The notes under the pieces are model-generated. The model was not told the DNA's origin, did no database searches, and saw nothing but the letters and a program-made list of their open reading frames with translations. From the NCBI RefSeq assembly GCF_001194135.2, contig NC_068990.1, positions 4,907,603 to 4,971,602 on the forward strand: a DNA stretch of 64,000 nt, read 5' to 3'. The DNA is from Octopus bimaculoides (taxonomy: Eukaryota). Positions 40,101-52,854 of the stretch are shown here, piece by piece. Numbering within the stretch: the stretch's first letter is position 1; each line of letters opens with the position of its first letter. Made by a program: the position numbers and the translations under genes.

Positions 40101-40339
40101 AACAACAAAGGAGCCTTTTGTGTTGTGGAAAACAAAAATAGCTCTTATCTTCCTATGAGACTCATTGAAACCATGACAGAATTGCATCCATGATTTTTGT
40201 TACTAGAGTTCTGGATGAGTTCTTTGACTGGTATGAGCCTAAAGATTGTGACCATGTTGGGGGCACATCCTTCAAGTATCTCATTTTATAGAACTACAAT
40301 ACAATATTGTCCATTAATTTACATACCTCAGCTCTACCA

Positions 40340-40860
40340 TCATAGATAATCTCTCTTTGGATACAGAGGTTGACAAGGTGTGGAAGGAACCTCCAGCTCT
40401 TGCCCATCTCATATCTCAACAGTTGTGACAAAGATAGCAGCTTATTGTGTCTATGTTATAAACACACTGTTGAATGGCAATGAAACATTGATTATGTGTG
40501 CCAGATAGAGGAGATTGAACACCTTCCAGCTGAGAAGTATTTATTCAATCATGAACATCTAATATGACAGATTGCTCAATACAGTAGTCTTATTTTATGA
40601 TGGACTTCTCAGTATGTTCACTCTGTTTAGGCAGTCAAGACTACACTGCTTGGGTTATACCCTCCATCTCAAAGAGTATCACCAACAGCTAACTGGCATC
40701 TAAGAAGAAACACATTAGGCATTCACAAGTCTACTAGAAGAGTATCTGCATGAGAGACATAGAAAGTGCTCAATAGCTCAATACCACTACAGAACCCTGC
40801 AGATGCTGAAGTGTGATGGAGAGGTATCCTAAACTGGTACCTTAAGGCTAGACAAGAGAA
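40340..40860 (+). mobile_element. Old RTE (BovB-like) LINE C-terminal relic
   Basis: DTEVDK.., INTLLNGNETL (resembling TLLYGSETW), RRLNTFQLRSI.., GLLSMFTLFRQSRLHCLG (resembling RRLRWLGH). Confidence 0.7.
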
Positions 40861-42358
40861 GCTGATGGAAATTCCAGCAAAGTTGGCATGCAAAGTAGAA
40901 TGTATCTCAGCCAGCAGACCAGTGGTCACATATATAACCTCTGCAAAACTATCATTTCCACATTCATTTTCTCAATGACATGTAGTGCTAATCCAACCAA
41001 ACAAAAACATAGAACAAGAATTCAACTTATGGTCAGTTATGACAGAAGGGTGCATACACATGTTCATTTGTTTTTACCTTGCTACCATACAGCAGACAGG
41101 GATGTAGCTAAGGCATGATTTTACAGTCAGCTGCTTTTCCTGTTGCTATCCTTTGCATGTTTTTCAAGTAAGAGATTTTTTATTCTACAGCTTTTTTGAA
41201 AGCACACACACAAACATGCGTGCACATGTGTGTATGTGCATGTGTGTGACTGTATTCCGTATAGTTACCTTCTTCCAATTCAACTCACAAGGACATGGAA
41301 GAAGGTACCTGTCCAAAGTTCCATGAAGTAGGATTGAACACAAAATCGCATGATTTGGGGGTTGTAATTTAATCAATAATAGCTTTGTGTTTGGGTGTGA
41401 TTTTTTTCTTTTGTTAGAGGATCTATATTGCAAAATATGGTGGTTTGTTTTTAATGAGCTTCTTATTTTACCACTAGTGTATAAAATATCTGTGATGATA
41501 TTTTGTCTTTATTATTGTCACGAAATTCATAACTACACAGTCTATTGGAAATGTAACTGAATGAAAGAATGTCTCCATTATTTTCTTGGTTTCAGTATCA
41601 TTCAGTATAAAACACATCTTTTGCCAGAGGTAGTCTTTGTACAATCTTTGGCAGATGTCTGAACCAAATTTAGGCTGTAGATGAGGTTTTGCATATTTAG
41701 TTATAGATTGCATGATGCTAACAAGGCAGTTCTCAGATCAACAGCTGAAAGTTAAGTAGAGATTAAAAAACAAAATTCCAGAGTTGAGATATGGAAAAGC
41801 AGCAGTGCCAAAATAGACAGAAAACAAACTAATAGTTTCATGTTGTAGAGACACAATAATTTGGCAGATTTATATAACATGCCACATGTATCCATGCAAT
41901 GCTTCAAGCTCAGTGCATGCCATTAGTCTTGTTTCATAAAGCCAGGGCACTGGTCTATGAGAAAAACAAGAAGAAAAATGAGTAAAAAGCTGATGCAAAA
42001 AGTGGAATGAGGAGAATGAAAAAAAAGGTAAGAACAGCATCCCCTTTGTCTGAAAAAAATCATTATTAATCTAGCTGGTGTTATAGTCAAACCTTTCTGC
42101 TGCAACTTTCATGAACTTCTCTTCCCATTTTATTTCATAGCATCCTGGTTTCCAAATAGGACAACTGGTATGCACTGAGCTTGAAGCACTGCTTGGAGAC
42201 ACATGGCATGTTATGTAAATCTGTCAAATTATTCTCTCTGTGGTATGAAACTATTAGTGGTTCTTTTCAAAATTCTGTGCATATTAAATGATATTTATCT
42301 CTGGCTGGATGAAGCACTGGAGTACTTTTTGCTGACCTATCTGTAACAGACCAGTAAA

Positions 42359-42413
<55 letters not shown>

Positions 42414-42593
42414 CACACATATATGTATTCATACATACAGTGCTGCTTTAAGGCATGGGCACCCTGAGCAGTTTCCCAGAAGCTCTCATGAGTTTAGGGG
42501 TGCAGTTCTGTAGCATGTTATCAATAAATATATACTATAAGGTGCAGTGCATTGATTTGCCCAGGTGCCTATAATGCTGTTAAGACAGCTGTG

Positions 42594-42636
<43 letters not shown>

Positions 42637-42921
42637 AAGTAGAAGTCATTACAAACTGCAAAAGTTTCAGGAAATCAAGTGTGAAAGAAACAAGAGGAGC
42701 AGAAGTGAGAGGGTGAAAGTTTTGTTTTTTCTTTCAAGATGTTATTGATGCAAGTTACAGGTTTGCAATAATCTTGGTTAGAATGAATATTTAAAGAAAC
42801 AATTGATGAACCTGAATGTTTCTGAGGAGTTAGGATTAGATCAATATATTGAGGTTGCCATGAATACAGAGTTTCTAGAAGATCATAGATTCTCTTTCAG
42901 GATTAGAGAATATAGTAACAA

Positions 42922-42959
<38 letters not shown>

Positions 42960-42960
42960 C

Positions 42961-43337
42961 AGCATAATAGTATCAATACCAACAGATGACAGCATTTCTC
43001 TAAAACAAACAGAGAAACTTTCAAAATACAAAGATCTGGAAATAGAGGTAACGCGAATGTGGAGCTTAAAAGCAGAAACAGTTCCTATCATAGTAGGCAT
43101 ATTAGGCATAATAAAAAAGCATTCAGACAAATACATAACCAAAACACCAGGGCTCTTACAAGTGTATATAACATACAGAAAATAGCACTAATAAGTACCA
43201 CACACATCCTATGAAAAGCACTTTCAATACAGTGAGAATAAGAACACAACAACAAACCACAGTACATACCAAAGGCACACAGAGCTGTGCCTTTGGTAGT
43301 GCAGTGAAAATACGTAATAAAAATAAGAATACTTAAG
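42961..43337 (+). mobile_element. R4/Dong-like non-LTR element, 3' end (copy A)
   Basis: IVSIPTDDSISLKQTEKLSKYKDLEIEVTRMWSLKAETVPIIVGILG..IQKIALISTTHIL is a restriction-like endonuclease C-terminus. It is flanked by (AAT)n on both sides. Confidence 0.88.
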
Positions 43338-43379
43338 AATAATAATAATAATAGCAATAATAATAATAATAATAGATTG

Positions 43380-44815
43380 TTGAGTGAATGAGAGAAAGGG
43401 AAGTAGAAGTGACAAATGAATTGCTAGGTAACATGAAAATATGCAGGGGCATTTTCCAAGGAGACTTACTTTGCCCATTAATTTTCGTTGTTGCACTAAT
43501 CCCTATGACAAATATACTGAGGAAGTCCTGGCCTGCCTATGAGTTTACCAAAACCAAGATAAGAATAAACCACTTACTTTACGAGGATGACCTCAAGATA
43601 TATGTACAAAAAATGGGACAGACCTGGATTATCAAATCCAAAGAGTGTGAATATTCAGTAAAGACATTGGATCGCAGTTTGGGGTAAAATGCACAATAAA
43701 GGCACAATACTACAATGAAGAGAGGCCAGAAAGTAAAGGCTGATGACATACAATTATCACAAGACAGCATCATTCGATTATTATGCAGTAATCAGGGATA
43801 CAAATACCTTGGGGTACAATAAGATAATGGAAAGAGAAATGAGAGAGAAAGTTACTAAGGAAGTCAAAAGGGGAATTAGGAAGGTACTTCAGACAAAAAT
43901 AAGTGGATGAAAAATCATTAAATCCATAAATATATGGGAAATTCCAGCATTGAGATACTTTGCTCCATTTCTGAAATGGAGAAAAATCAAGCTGCAGAAC
44001 TTAGATAGGAGAACCAGAAAGCTGCTAATGATGCATAACACATTCCATCCTAAAAGTAATACCGACTGACTCTATCTGCCAAGATGGGAAGGTGATACAG
44101 GATTACTAGACACTGAAGAGACTGCTAGAACTGCAATACTGGGTCTGAAAAATTATGCTGTGTAGAGAAAAGAAAGAATACTTTCAGCAGCCAGAGATAC
44201 CCAAAATGTGACTGAAACAGTAGAATTTAAACAGAAAAGAAAGAAGAACAGAATGAACAAATGAAAAGAAATGGAACTGCAAGGCCAATTCATGCAACAA
44301 ACCAAAAATGTTGGAAGTGAAGCCTACTGGCTTTGGTTGACAGACAGGAATTTGAAATGAAAAACAAACATTAATTATAGCTGTTCATGAACAAGCCCTT
44401 AGAACAAATCTGTTAAAGGCAAAGATTGACAAAACTCAGTCAGACATTAAATAAAAAAATCTGCAAGAAAGGAGTGAGTGGAACATACTAGCACAAAAGG
44501 TGTACTGATGCAGACATAACTAAGCAAACAAAGGAGTGCATTGAGATGTTACTCGAGTATGTGGCTTCAAAACAACAGAAACTGATGTGAACATGAACCT
44601 GAGGCTGTGATAGAAAATGAGAATTACAAGATCTTATGGGACTTCACCATAGAAACTGACTATAGGTGCAGGAGTGGCTGTGTGGTAAGTAGTTTGCTTA
44701 CCAACCGCATGGTTCCGAGTTCAGTGCTACTGCATAGCACCTTGGGCAAGTGTTTTTTACTATAGCCTCAGGCCGACCAAAGCCTTGTGAGTGAATTTGG
44801 TAGAAAGAAGCATGT

Positions 44816-44869
<54 letters not shown>

Positions 44870-45450
44870 TGTGTTTGTGTGTCTGCATTTGTTCCCCTCC
44901 ACCATCGCTTGACAACCAATGTCGGTGTGTTTACATCCACAAAACTTAGCAGTTCAGCAAAACACACCAATAGAATGAGTACTAGTCTTACAAAGAATAA
45001 GTCCTGGGGTCAATTTGTTTGACTAAAGGCGATGCTCCAGCATGGCCGTAGTCAAATGACTGAAATAAATAAAAGAAAAGAATACTATTGAGGCAGGATT
45101 AAAGAGGATGAAATAAACAAATGTGCAAGACTATAAATTTTCCAATACCCTATTATAGCAGGGTCAATACCAAAGAAATACCAAATTCTAGCCAGAGAGC
45201 TGAAAAGATCGGAAGACCAAGACAACAATTAACAACAATTATTCTTGTCGTAAAAAGTGTCCTTGGCTCAGTACCCAAAATGCTACCTAAAAGACTGAAT
45301 AAAATTGAAATTGAAACATATTGACAACCTGCACAAAAGTACCATCCTATATTCTGTAAGAATCCTAAGAAAAATTCTTGAGATTTGAGAAGAGTTGTTG
45401 ACACCAGGCCTCAAGATAAAATACCTGCTAAGTAAATTAGCAGGCACTAG
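43380..45450 (+). mobile_element. R4/Dong-like element (copy B): decayed RT plus RLE, interrupted by a SINE
   Basis: RGIFQGDLLCPLIFVVALIP..INHLLYEDDLKIY (43445-43600), then HPKSN..LYLPR.EG..GLL and NYKILWDFTIETD. After the SINE it continues with EKYQILAREL..LGSVPK. Confidence 0.9.
44664..45083 (+). mobile_element. Full-length tRNA-derived SINE with internal (TA)n/(TG)n, inserted in R4 copy B
   Basis: Head GGTGCAGGAGTGGCTGTGTGGTAAG and an A-rich end. Target duplication ACTAT at 44659-44663 and 45084-45088. Confidence 0.9.
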
Positions 45451-45483
45451 AGTAGTAGTAGTAGTTGTAGTAGTAGCAACAGC

Positions 45484-45515
<32 letters not shown>

Positions 45516-45553
45516 CAGCAGCAGCAGTAGTAGTAGTAGTAATAATAATAATC
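45451..45553. repeat. Compound (GTA)n/(GCA)n/(ATA)n microsatellite
   Basis: Seen directly. It separates R4 copies B and C. Confidence 0.95.
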
Positions 45554-45554
45554 A

Positions 45555-46215
45555 ATTACTGAAATATGTAATCTTGACAGAAAAATATGAAAATTATCGA
45601 CAATGCATAGAATGCACCACCCTAAGGCAGATATAGAATGATTTTACCTGCCAAGAAAAGAGGGTGGCTGTGGACTTTTACAACTGGAATTAATGAAGAT
45701 TGCCACAATTGGCCTAAACACCTACCTGAAAATCTCTGATGACTGAATATTAAAACGTGTTTTAAAGCATGAAAACAAGAAAGCATCATACTCAGACCAG
45801 ATGTCGGAAACCAGACGTTGTCATGGTGAATAAAAAAGAAAGAACAAGCATAATAATCGAAATAGCATGTCCTGGTGACGACAGGATCAAAGAGAAAGAC
45901 GAAAAACTGAACGACTACGACAATTTGAAGTGGGAAATACGGTGGTTGTGGTCAATGGGGAGAGAAGACGTGGTATCAATAGTAACGGATGCACTTGGAA
46001 GTATCGGCACTCAACTACCAATATGGCTCAAAAAGATTGGTACATATGTAAAGGTAGAACATCTACAAAAGTCAGCATTGCTTGGAACTGCAAGCATTCT
46101 TTGCGGGGTTCTCGAAGCATGACCAGTAAATAAGTTCCACCTAATCTGCTGGCTGTGGCAGCTGACACTTTCCATCACACCCAGCAAAATAAGCTGTGAG
46201 TTTTCATTAAATAAT
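45555..46215 (+). mobile_element. R4/Dong-like element (copy C), internally deleted or chimeric
   Basis: MHRMHHPKADIE*FYLPRKEGGCGLLQLE is fused near 45793 to RKPDVVMVNKKERTSIIIEIACP..LQKSALLGTASIL (PD..E-x-A RLE motif). Confidence 0.9.
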
Positions 46216-47584
46216 AACAACCACAACAAATAAATAAATATAAAATTGATTTACCTTACATATTTTTACTGGCAGCAAGTGAAAGCATGTCAAACATATC
46301 AATTGCATATCTTTTATATAAAGAATCATACTAATGCTTAATAGATGGAATCCATGAAGGCAATAAGTTATCAAATTCAATACATTATTCAGACCACATA
46401 ATGTGGTAGCAGTTGTGGTGATTTTAGCATTCTAAACAATACCACAAAGATAACCAATCTAACACATTTGGGGGTAATACAAATCCAAAATGCCAAATAT
46501 AGGCTGTGAATATGTATTCAAGTTTACTACTTGTAGTTGCCTTATCATCCTCAAGTGATGTAAAGATAATTTTGCATAAGGAGAATTAAAATGTTAAACT
46601 GTCGTATGGTTTATCAACTGTCTCATCTTGCATTATCTTCTCCATAGGGCTGTGAGGCAGCTTCTTTACCTTTGGATACAATTTTTCTTCATTTTCAGTT
46701 ATCAGGAAATATTTTGAATTGCTAATGAAATGATACAATTCTTTTGCATTCTGCTTTTAGTGTTATGTAGGGTGATAATGCAAACGGCTTCTGTTTTACT
46801 CTATGATACATAAATGCAGTTAGATGATAACCTTTCAGTTGACAATGGGTTACACTAAGCCAAGTATATGCTGAAGTAAAGCAAATGAAAAGCTAGTTTA
46901 TAACTAGCTTTTCATAATAGTCACTTATTGATAATGAAAATCTTTCCACATAGAAAGTAAGAAATGAATACTGCTTTGTTATTTTCTCACACAACTTCAT
47001 TCTAGAATTTGAATTCACTGATGGAATCAAATTGATATTACAATGAACAAAATAATCTTCAAAAATATTCAACAAAGACTTGAATAAAAATAATGTAATT
47101 TCAAAACTGTTCAAAAGAATTTCTAAATTTTATGTTCAAATGTTTATGAACAAACATCTTATGAATCAAATAACATTTCAAATTTCATGTTTCACCTTGT
47201 AAAAAGAAATTATATACATGCATCTGACATCTAGAAGTAAGTGTGTGTATTGTATGTGTTTGTGTGTATGTGTACGTGTGTGCACGTGTGTATGTGTACG
47301 TGTGTGCATGTGTGTGTGCATGCATGTGTGAGTACATATATATGTTTGTGTGCATGTAAGTGTGTGTATGAATGTATGTGTGTGTTCCATATTTGTGGCT
47401 AGATTTAATATGGGAAACATTATTTTCCCTAATTCTTGACCCTTTGAAAATGAAGCTTACTGCTAACGGAAAGTACAGAAAGAATAAGGCTGTTATTTAA
47501 ATTTTAAAAATATGTTTCTTGCTTTCAATAAACAAAGAATGATATATATAAACTTGAAGAAATCGATCCTATATATATAATGGT

Positions 47585-48050
47585 GTGTCTTACAGGAGGT
47601 AGAATCTCCTCATCTACGATGCATTGGCCTTCTCCAATCTCCTCTATGAAGCAGAAGTGTTGCCCCTCTTGAAGACCCTGGCAAAGAGGATTGACGGCTT
47701 TGATAGCAAAGCTCTGAGAACCATAGAGAATATCAGATAGTACTATCACGTTTTCAACAAAGAACTGTTTGTGCACACAAGTCAGGCTGCAGCTTCCTAC
47801 TTCATTGCTATCAGTTGCATGTCATCTGTCTCCTACTAGATCATCCTACCAGGGCTTTACTGTTATTTGACATAGCAACTGCAGGCTGGAAGAGGTCTTG
47901 TGGCATTCCCTACACCAAATAGCTGGATGTGATTGCAGAAGATCTCCAGAAGCTCAATGTCACCTTGGAGGATGGTCAGCTCTATGCATGATGATATCTC
48001 TGGGACCTCTAGCCTGGGATGACCCCAGCCTCAGCTAGCAAGAGCATGAA
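47585..48050 (+). mobile_element. RTE-X-like LINE C-terminal relic
   Basis: LLYEAEVLPL.., RIDGFDSKALRTIENI, HPTRALL.., GWKRSCGIPYTK*LDVIAEDL (resembling RPRGRPRTRW.D). Confidence 0.75.
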
Positions 48051-48792
48051 GAAAACAAGCAAATGATAATATGTTCTTGAATTAATTTTACTTGTTGTTA
48101 CTTTGTATCCCTTAACAACAAAGATAACTTTTCTTGCCTTTCATTGATAACAGATGCCATTCCTTCTTACAGAAAAGATTTATCCAGCTGTAAACATCTA
48201 TTTAATGGAAATCTTTACATTTATTTTAGTATGGAAAAGAAAAAAAATGTAAATCAATTAAATAATTTAGCAACATGAATTATAAACAGTTCCCTTTTTT
48301 GAAGAAATGCTGGAGCAAATTTCAGATGCATTTAAATGCTTATATAAATGGTAAATCACTGCCAATAGTGAATGGATGACTAAAATATACACGAAAAATA
48401 TGTAATTTGCCTCAGTATATCAGTTTTTAGGAATTGGTAATTTGAAGAACTTATCAGTGATTGCTATTGCAAATGAATTCACATACACTATGTTTGGTTT
48501 CATATAAAAATGATTTATTGTTCACATAAGGTAAAATATATTCACTATATACTCAATAACAACAGGATTTGCCACAAAACCAAGCATAGCAATATCTAAC
48601 AAACAAAACAATTATCAGAAAGGAATACACATTCTAAACTTTAACATTGAATTACTGTGAGTAATACATAAAAATATCTTAACTTCTGCTGATCAACAAT
48701 TATGTTGTATAAACTGACTTCATATGTGATATCACACAAAGAATACATAACTCTAGGTTATAATAGCTATTTCACACAAAAAGGTACCTTAC

Positions 48793-48833
48793 CTATAATG
48801 AAATGACTTCACAGAATGAAGGTTGCATCTAAG
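48793..48833 (-). other. Candidate 41-nt micro-exon
   Basis: TTTCTCTTCAG| acceptor and AG|GTAAGG donor, with one open frame (LRCNLHSVKSFHY). Signals only, no homology. Confidence 0.2.
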
Positions 48834-49894
48834 CTGAAGAGAAATTCTGAACTCTGCAATTCTTTATAAGAGATTTATATTCTATCAGTGAGAATATAAT
48901 TAAAACGAACTGAAGTCTGAATGTATATGTGAAACCCATTAAGTCTAGGAGCCACTACAACAGATATAGCCTCTTGCCTAGTATCTAGTGAATACTGTAT
49001 ATCATCTTGTTGAAAGATAAATTCTCAATGATCATTAACTGTTTTTGAATTTTCAGAATGTTTTTAGGTAAAGTAGTTTAATAACAAGTATATATGTGCT
49101 TATGTTTACTGGAATTGCATTAAAAAATATGAAGAAAAATGCACTATTCTAAAACTTCAAAGAAATTTTTATGATATCTAAAATAATGAACTTGAATCCT
49201 ATTGTCAGAACTCTAAGCTTTTCAATGATGCAAAGGGTTGCATCATAGACTGTTGACTACTGAACAATCCATCTTTATCAAGAATGATATAGTTATAGAT
49301 ATAAGAGACATATGTAAGTAAAAGGTCTGATTGATAGCAAAAATAACTCACCATGATACCCTGTATAAGTCAAAGAAGCTATTCTCAATTCTGTTTTTCT
49401 TAAAGAATGAAGAATATATCATGTATTTTATTTATGTAGAGATCTCAACTCTCAGGTACCAAATAAATACTCAAAGTGAAAACATACATCTATGGTTTTT
49501 TTTTAGTAAAGATTTTTTTTGTTTTTATACAGACATGCTTCTTGGTTAAATCGATCAGTTCTAGTGAGACAAGATGCACAAAAAAAATTTCAGGCAATCA
49601 TATTCAGATTAAAATTGCTTTTGATTTAAAATATTTTGCATCAAATACAAATTCAGAATTTACTAAAACCAAATTATTTATTTAAACTTTGCACACATAA
49701 CTTTTGAAAACAGTTTATAAAAATATTAAATATTTAAATTAAATTCAGGTTTATATTTAATGAAACAGAATCAAACAGTGAGTTTTGATTCTCTGTTTTA
49801 TAAGTAATTTTCCTACACTAGTTAAATATGTAGAAATAGTTTTTTCAAATATTAGAGAATTAAGTAAAAGCACTACGTTACTGAATTTTGAATG

Positions 49895-50113
49895 AAATTT
49901 TTTCTTCTATAGGCACAAAACCTGAAATTTTGAAGGAGGGGACAGTTGGTTACATCAACCCCAATACTTGATCAATACTCTTTTTTATCAACTTTGAAAG
50001 GATGGAAAGTAAAATAGACCATGGTGGTATTTGAACCCAGAACATAAAGCTGGGAGAAATGCTATCAAGCATTTTGTCGGGTGTACTAATGATTCTGTCA
50101 GCTCACTGCCTTA
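49895..50113 (-). mobile_element. tRNA-derived SINE of the 32138 family
   Basis: Reverse complement of the head, the B box (TTTGAACCCAGAAC) and the core (TTTATCAACTTTGAAAGGATG). Confidence 0.78.
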
Positions 50114-51199
50114 ATTTTGAATAAAATATTTGGAAAGCCATTGGTATATTACTTTTTAAGTGGACTATTAAGTATAAACAAATAAATCCATCCATAAAAT
50201 GCCATTTTCGTGTAAGATGTCATCATCAGAAAATTCATGTGAATTGTAGCACATTTAGAGACTCACTCAGAATCTTGCCTCAACATTAAGGTTACAGATA
50301 ATTCATTTGTAGATTATTCTTCTGATTGTGTGATTTCATAGATCTGAAGGTCCCTTAACCAGGCTGAGCTAACCATTTCACCAAGTGTTGTTATGGCTGT
50401 TTGAACTCTCTGGATAATAGCCAAAGTCACTCTGACATCTCATCTGACTAGCATGGTATTACGTGCAGCAGTAATTCTTTCTTCCTCTTCCCTCCCTCCT
50501 CTCTATTGCCCAGTAGAAGTAAAAATTTAAATATTTTTAGAATTTTAGAAAGTGGCAGCACAGTGTAATTGAAATTTTGAATTAAATATTATAAAGCCAT
50601 TGGTGCATTAATTCTTAAATGCACTGTTTATTATAAACAAATAATCCATCCACAAAATTAGATTTTGGTGTAACGCTCCCTCATTATAATTCCTATGTAT
50701 TCTAGTCTGTCTAAGGGATTCATTAAAAACCTCACTGCAATGTTTAGGTTGCAGATAAACCATTTGTGCATCCCTATTTGCATATCTAAGAAATGAAGCA
50801 TTTTGCAAGGTAATTGAAGAAAGTCAGAGGTTAATATTTTGAAGTTAAATTACATTGAGCTTCCAGTATTAGTAGCTAGAGTAGCAGCAAGTATAACTAG
50901 ACAACTGGGTCAAAAATTAGACTTTCTTTGATTTGGTATATTCTGAGTCTCAATAGGTTAAAAGCAAATAGAATTTCTAACTGAAGTTTATTAAAATAAA
51001 ATCAATCGTCTTGTAACCTTCAGCAGATTATTAGGTCATTAATAAAGATTTTGCCAATATGTAGTGTGTAAAGGGCAAGCCAATAAGGAGAACTGTATTC
51101 TTTCTAGACAATTGATAAAATCTGGAAAGAGCTAAAAATCAACCAAAATAACTGGTTATCACTGGTGTGAAGAATGAGTAAACTGAAGTGGCTCAAGTG

Positions 51200-51700
51200 A
51201 AAAGTATACGTGTCATAAACTTGCATTACCAAAAGTTTGTTATTCACACTTGTAGTATGTCATATTTTGACATACTCATGTCATAGTATCTTTAATTAAT
51301 TTATTAACATATAATTGTCTTCTTTGGTAGATATATTGTTTTAAGTTGTTAACAGTCTTTTGCTTGTAATGTGATTGGTCTGGAGAAAATGAAAAAAGCA
51401 AAGTAATATTTACTAAGATAGAACCAATGAAAAAAGAAGTTGTGACTTCTATTCCCAAAAGCAATATCGCTGTCACTTGTGTTGCAACCAATTTCATTGG
51501 AGAATAAAAAGAAACAAAAAGAAGGTTACTGGCCTGAATTACCATGAAAATAGCAACAGCAATAACAGAATATTTCAAAAGGTCTATGTGGTCTAGGGAA
51601 AGTAGTAATAATGATGAATACATCAACAATAGCAGAGAGCAACTACATTTTGTTAACACATATAGCAGCAATGTCAGTGACTTGAAAACAAAAGTGAAAA
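51200..51700 (+). mobile_element. Possible Penelope GIY-YIG relic
   Basis: KVIFTKIEPMKKEVVTSIPKSNIAVTCVATNFIGE*KETKRRLLA*I..TAITEY follows the KSNVVY.FTC..YIG.T.RRL..RI layout. Confidence 0.5.
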
Positions 51701-52854
51701 TACAAGCTTTTGAAAAACATAAATTGCTGTGAAAACTTATCGGAATGCAATCAGCAAAAATTGCTCATTTTTTTGTTTGAGAATAATGAAATATTGATTT
51801 CTAATATAACTACAAACCTTAGAGTCATCAAAGAGAAGTAATGAAGGAACTTGAGTTCAGGACAGAACATGAAACAGTGATGTGATAACATATTGACAGA
51901 AAGCAACAGTTTCTCAACAAAATAGAATCTAGCTTCATTATAGTGAAGATATACTTCCCAGGTACACAGTGAGTAATACTTGAGCTAAACTATAAAGCCC
52001 TTTCTTTTAATAAAAATTTCTTATAACAATTTATAGAATTCTGGGGAAAGCTCTTAAAAAGTTATATAAATCACAGATAATATCCACTTATTCTAAAGGT
52101 CAAGAAATTAATAGTAATTAATTTTTATGAATGCAAAAGTAAATTAGTTTGATTATCATTTGAATAATCATTTTAATTGTTACTTTTTTCCTAAAAATAC
52201 CTTCAGAAAGGCAAACCTTGCTAACCCCACATTTTGAAGTCCAGCAGAGTGATCAACTCTGGAATATTATGGAAAAGATATATAAGTCTTTCTTTGGATA
52301 GAATCCATAAATTGAAGTACATTTTATGAATCTTTCAGTCTTGAAAGATTTTTAACGATAAAATATTTACTTGTCTCTGAAACTAAGTGAAGAATAGTAA
52401 TATTTGCAAATTTAAAAACTTCTAACAAATTGTTTAGCCTTTTTCTAATCTAATAAACTTTCAGATTTCAAGAATAATGTTTCTCCTGTTTATTTTAGAA
52501 AATATATTCATTGGTATATAGTCTATTGATACATGACAAAAACTTTGGGTAGATGAAGTAAAGTTTCATTAAAGTTGTAAGAAAGTCTTAAAAGGATCTA
52601 AAATATTTTGATTTATGATTGAGCATGCAGAAACAATCTATGAAGTGACATCAAGGTCATTAATATTTTATGAGATTCAAACAGATGGAATGTGTTTCAG
52701 GTAATTCTAATAGAATTCAATTAGTTATATGTTCTATTTCATTAGTTCCAAGTTTAGGAAACAAATTCAAATTAACAAATAATTATACATAAAATGACTT
52801 ACTTTTCATTAACATTTTATCAATAGCTCTCACATTAAGATACCTAATCCTTGA

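Noticed and set aside
41269-41420. Minus-strand exon with an AAG|GTAACT donor
   Set aside because: The only open frame gives an unrecognisable peptide and there are two competing donors; this is chance level.
42132-42158. 27-nt plus-strand micro-exon (HPGFQIGQL)
   Set aside because: Splice signals only. Such short matches are expected by chance in 64 kb.
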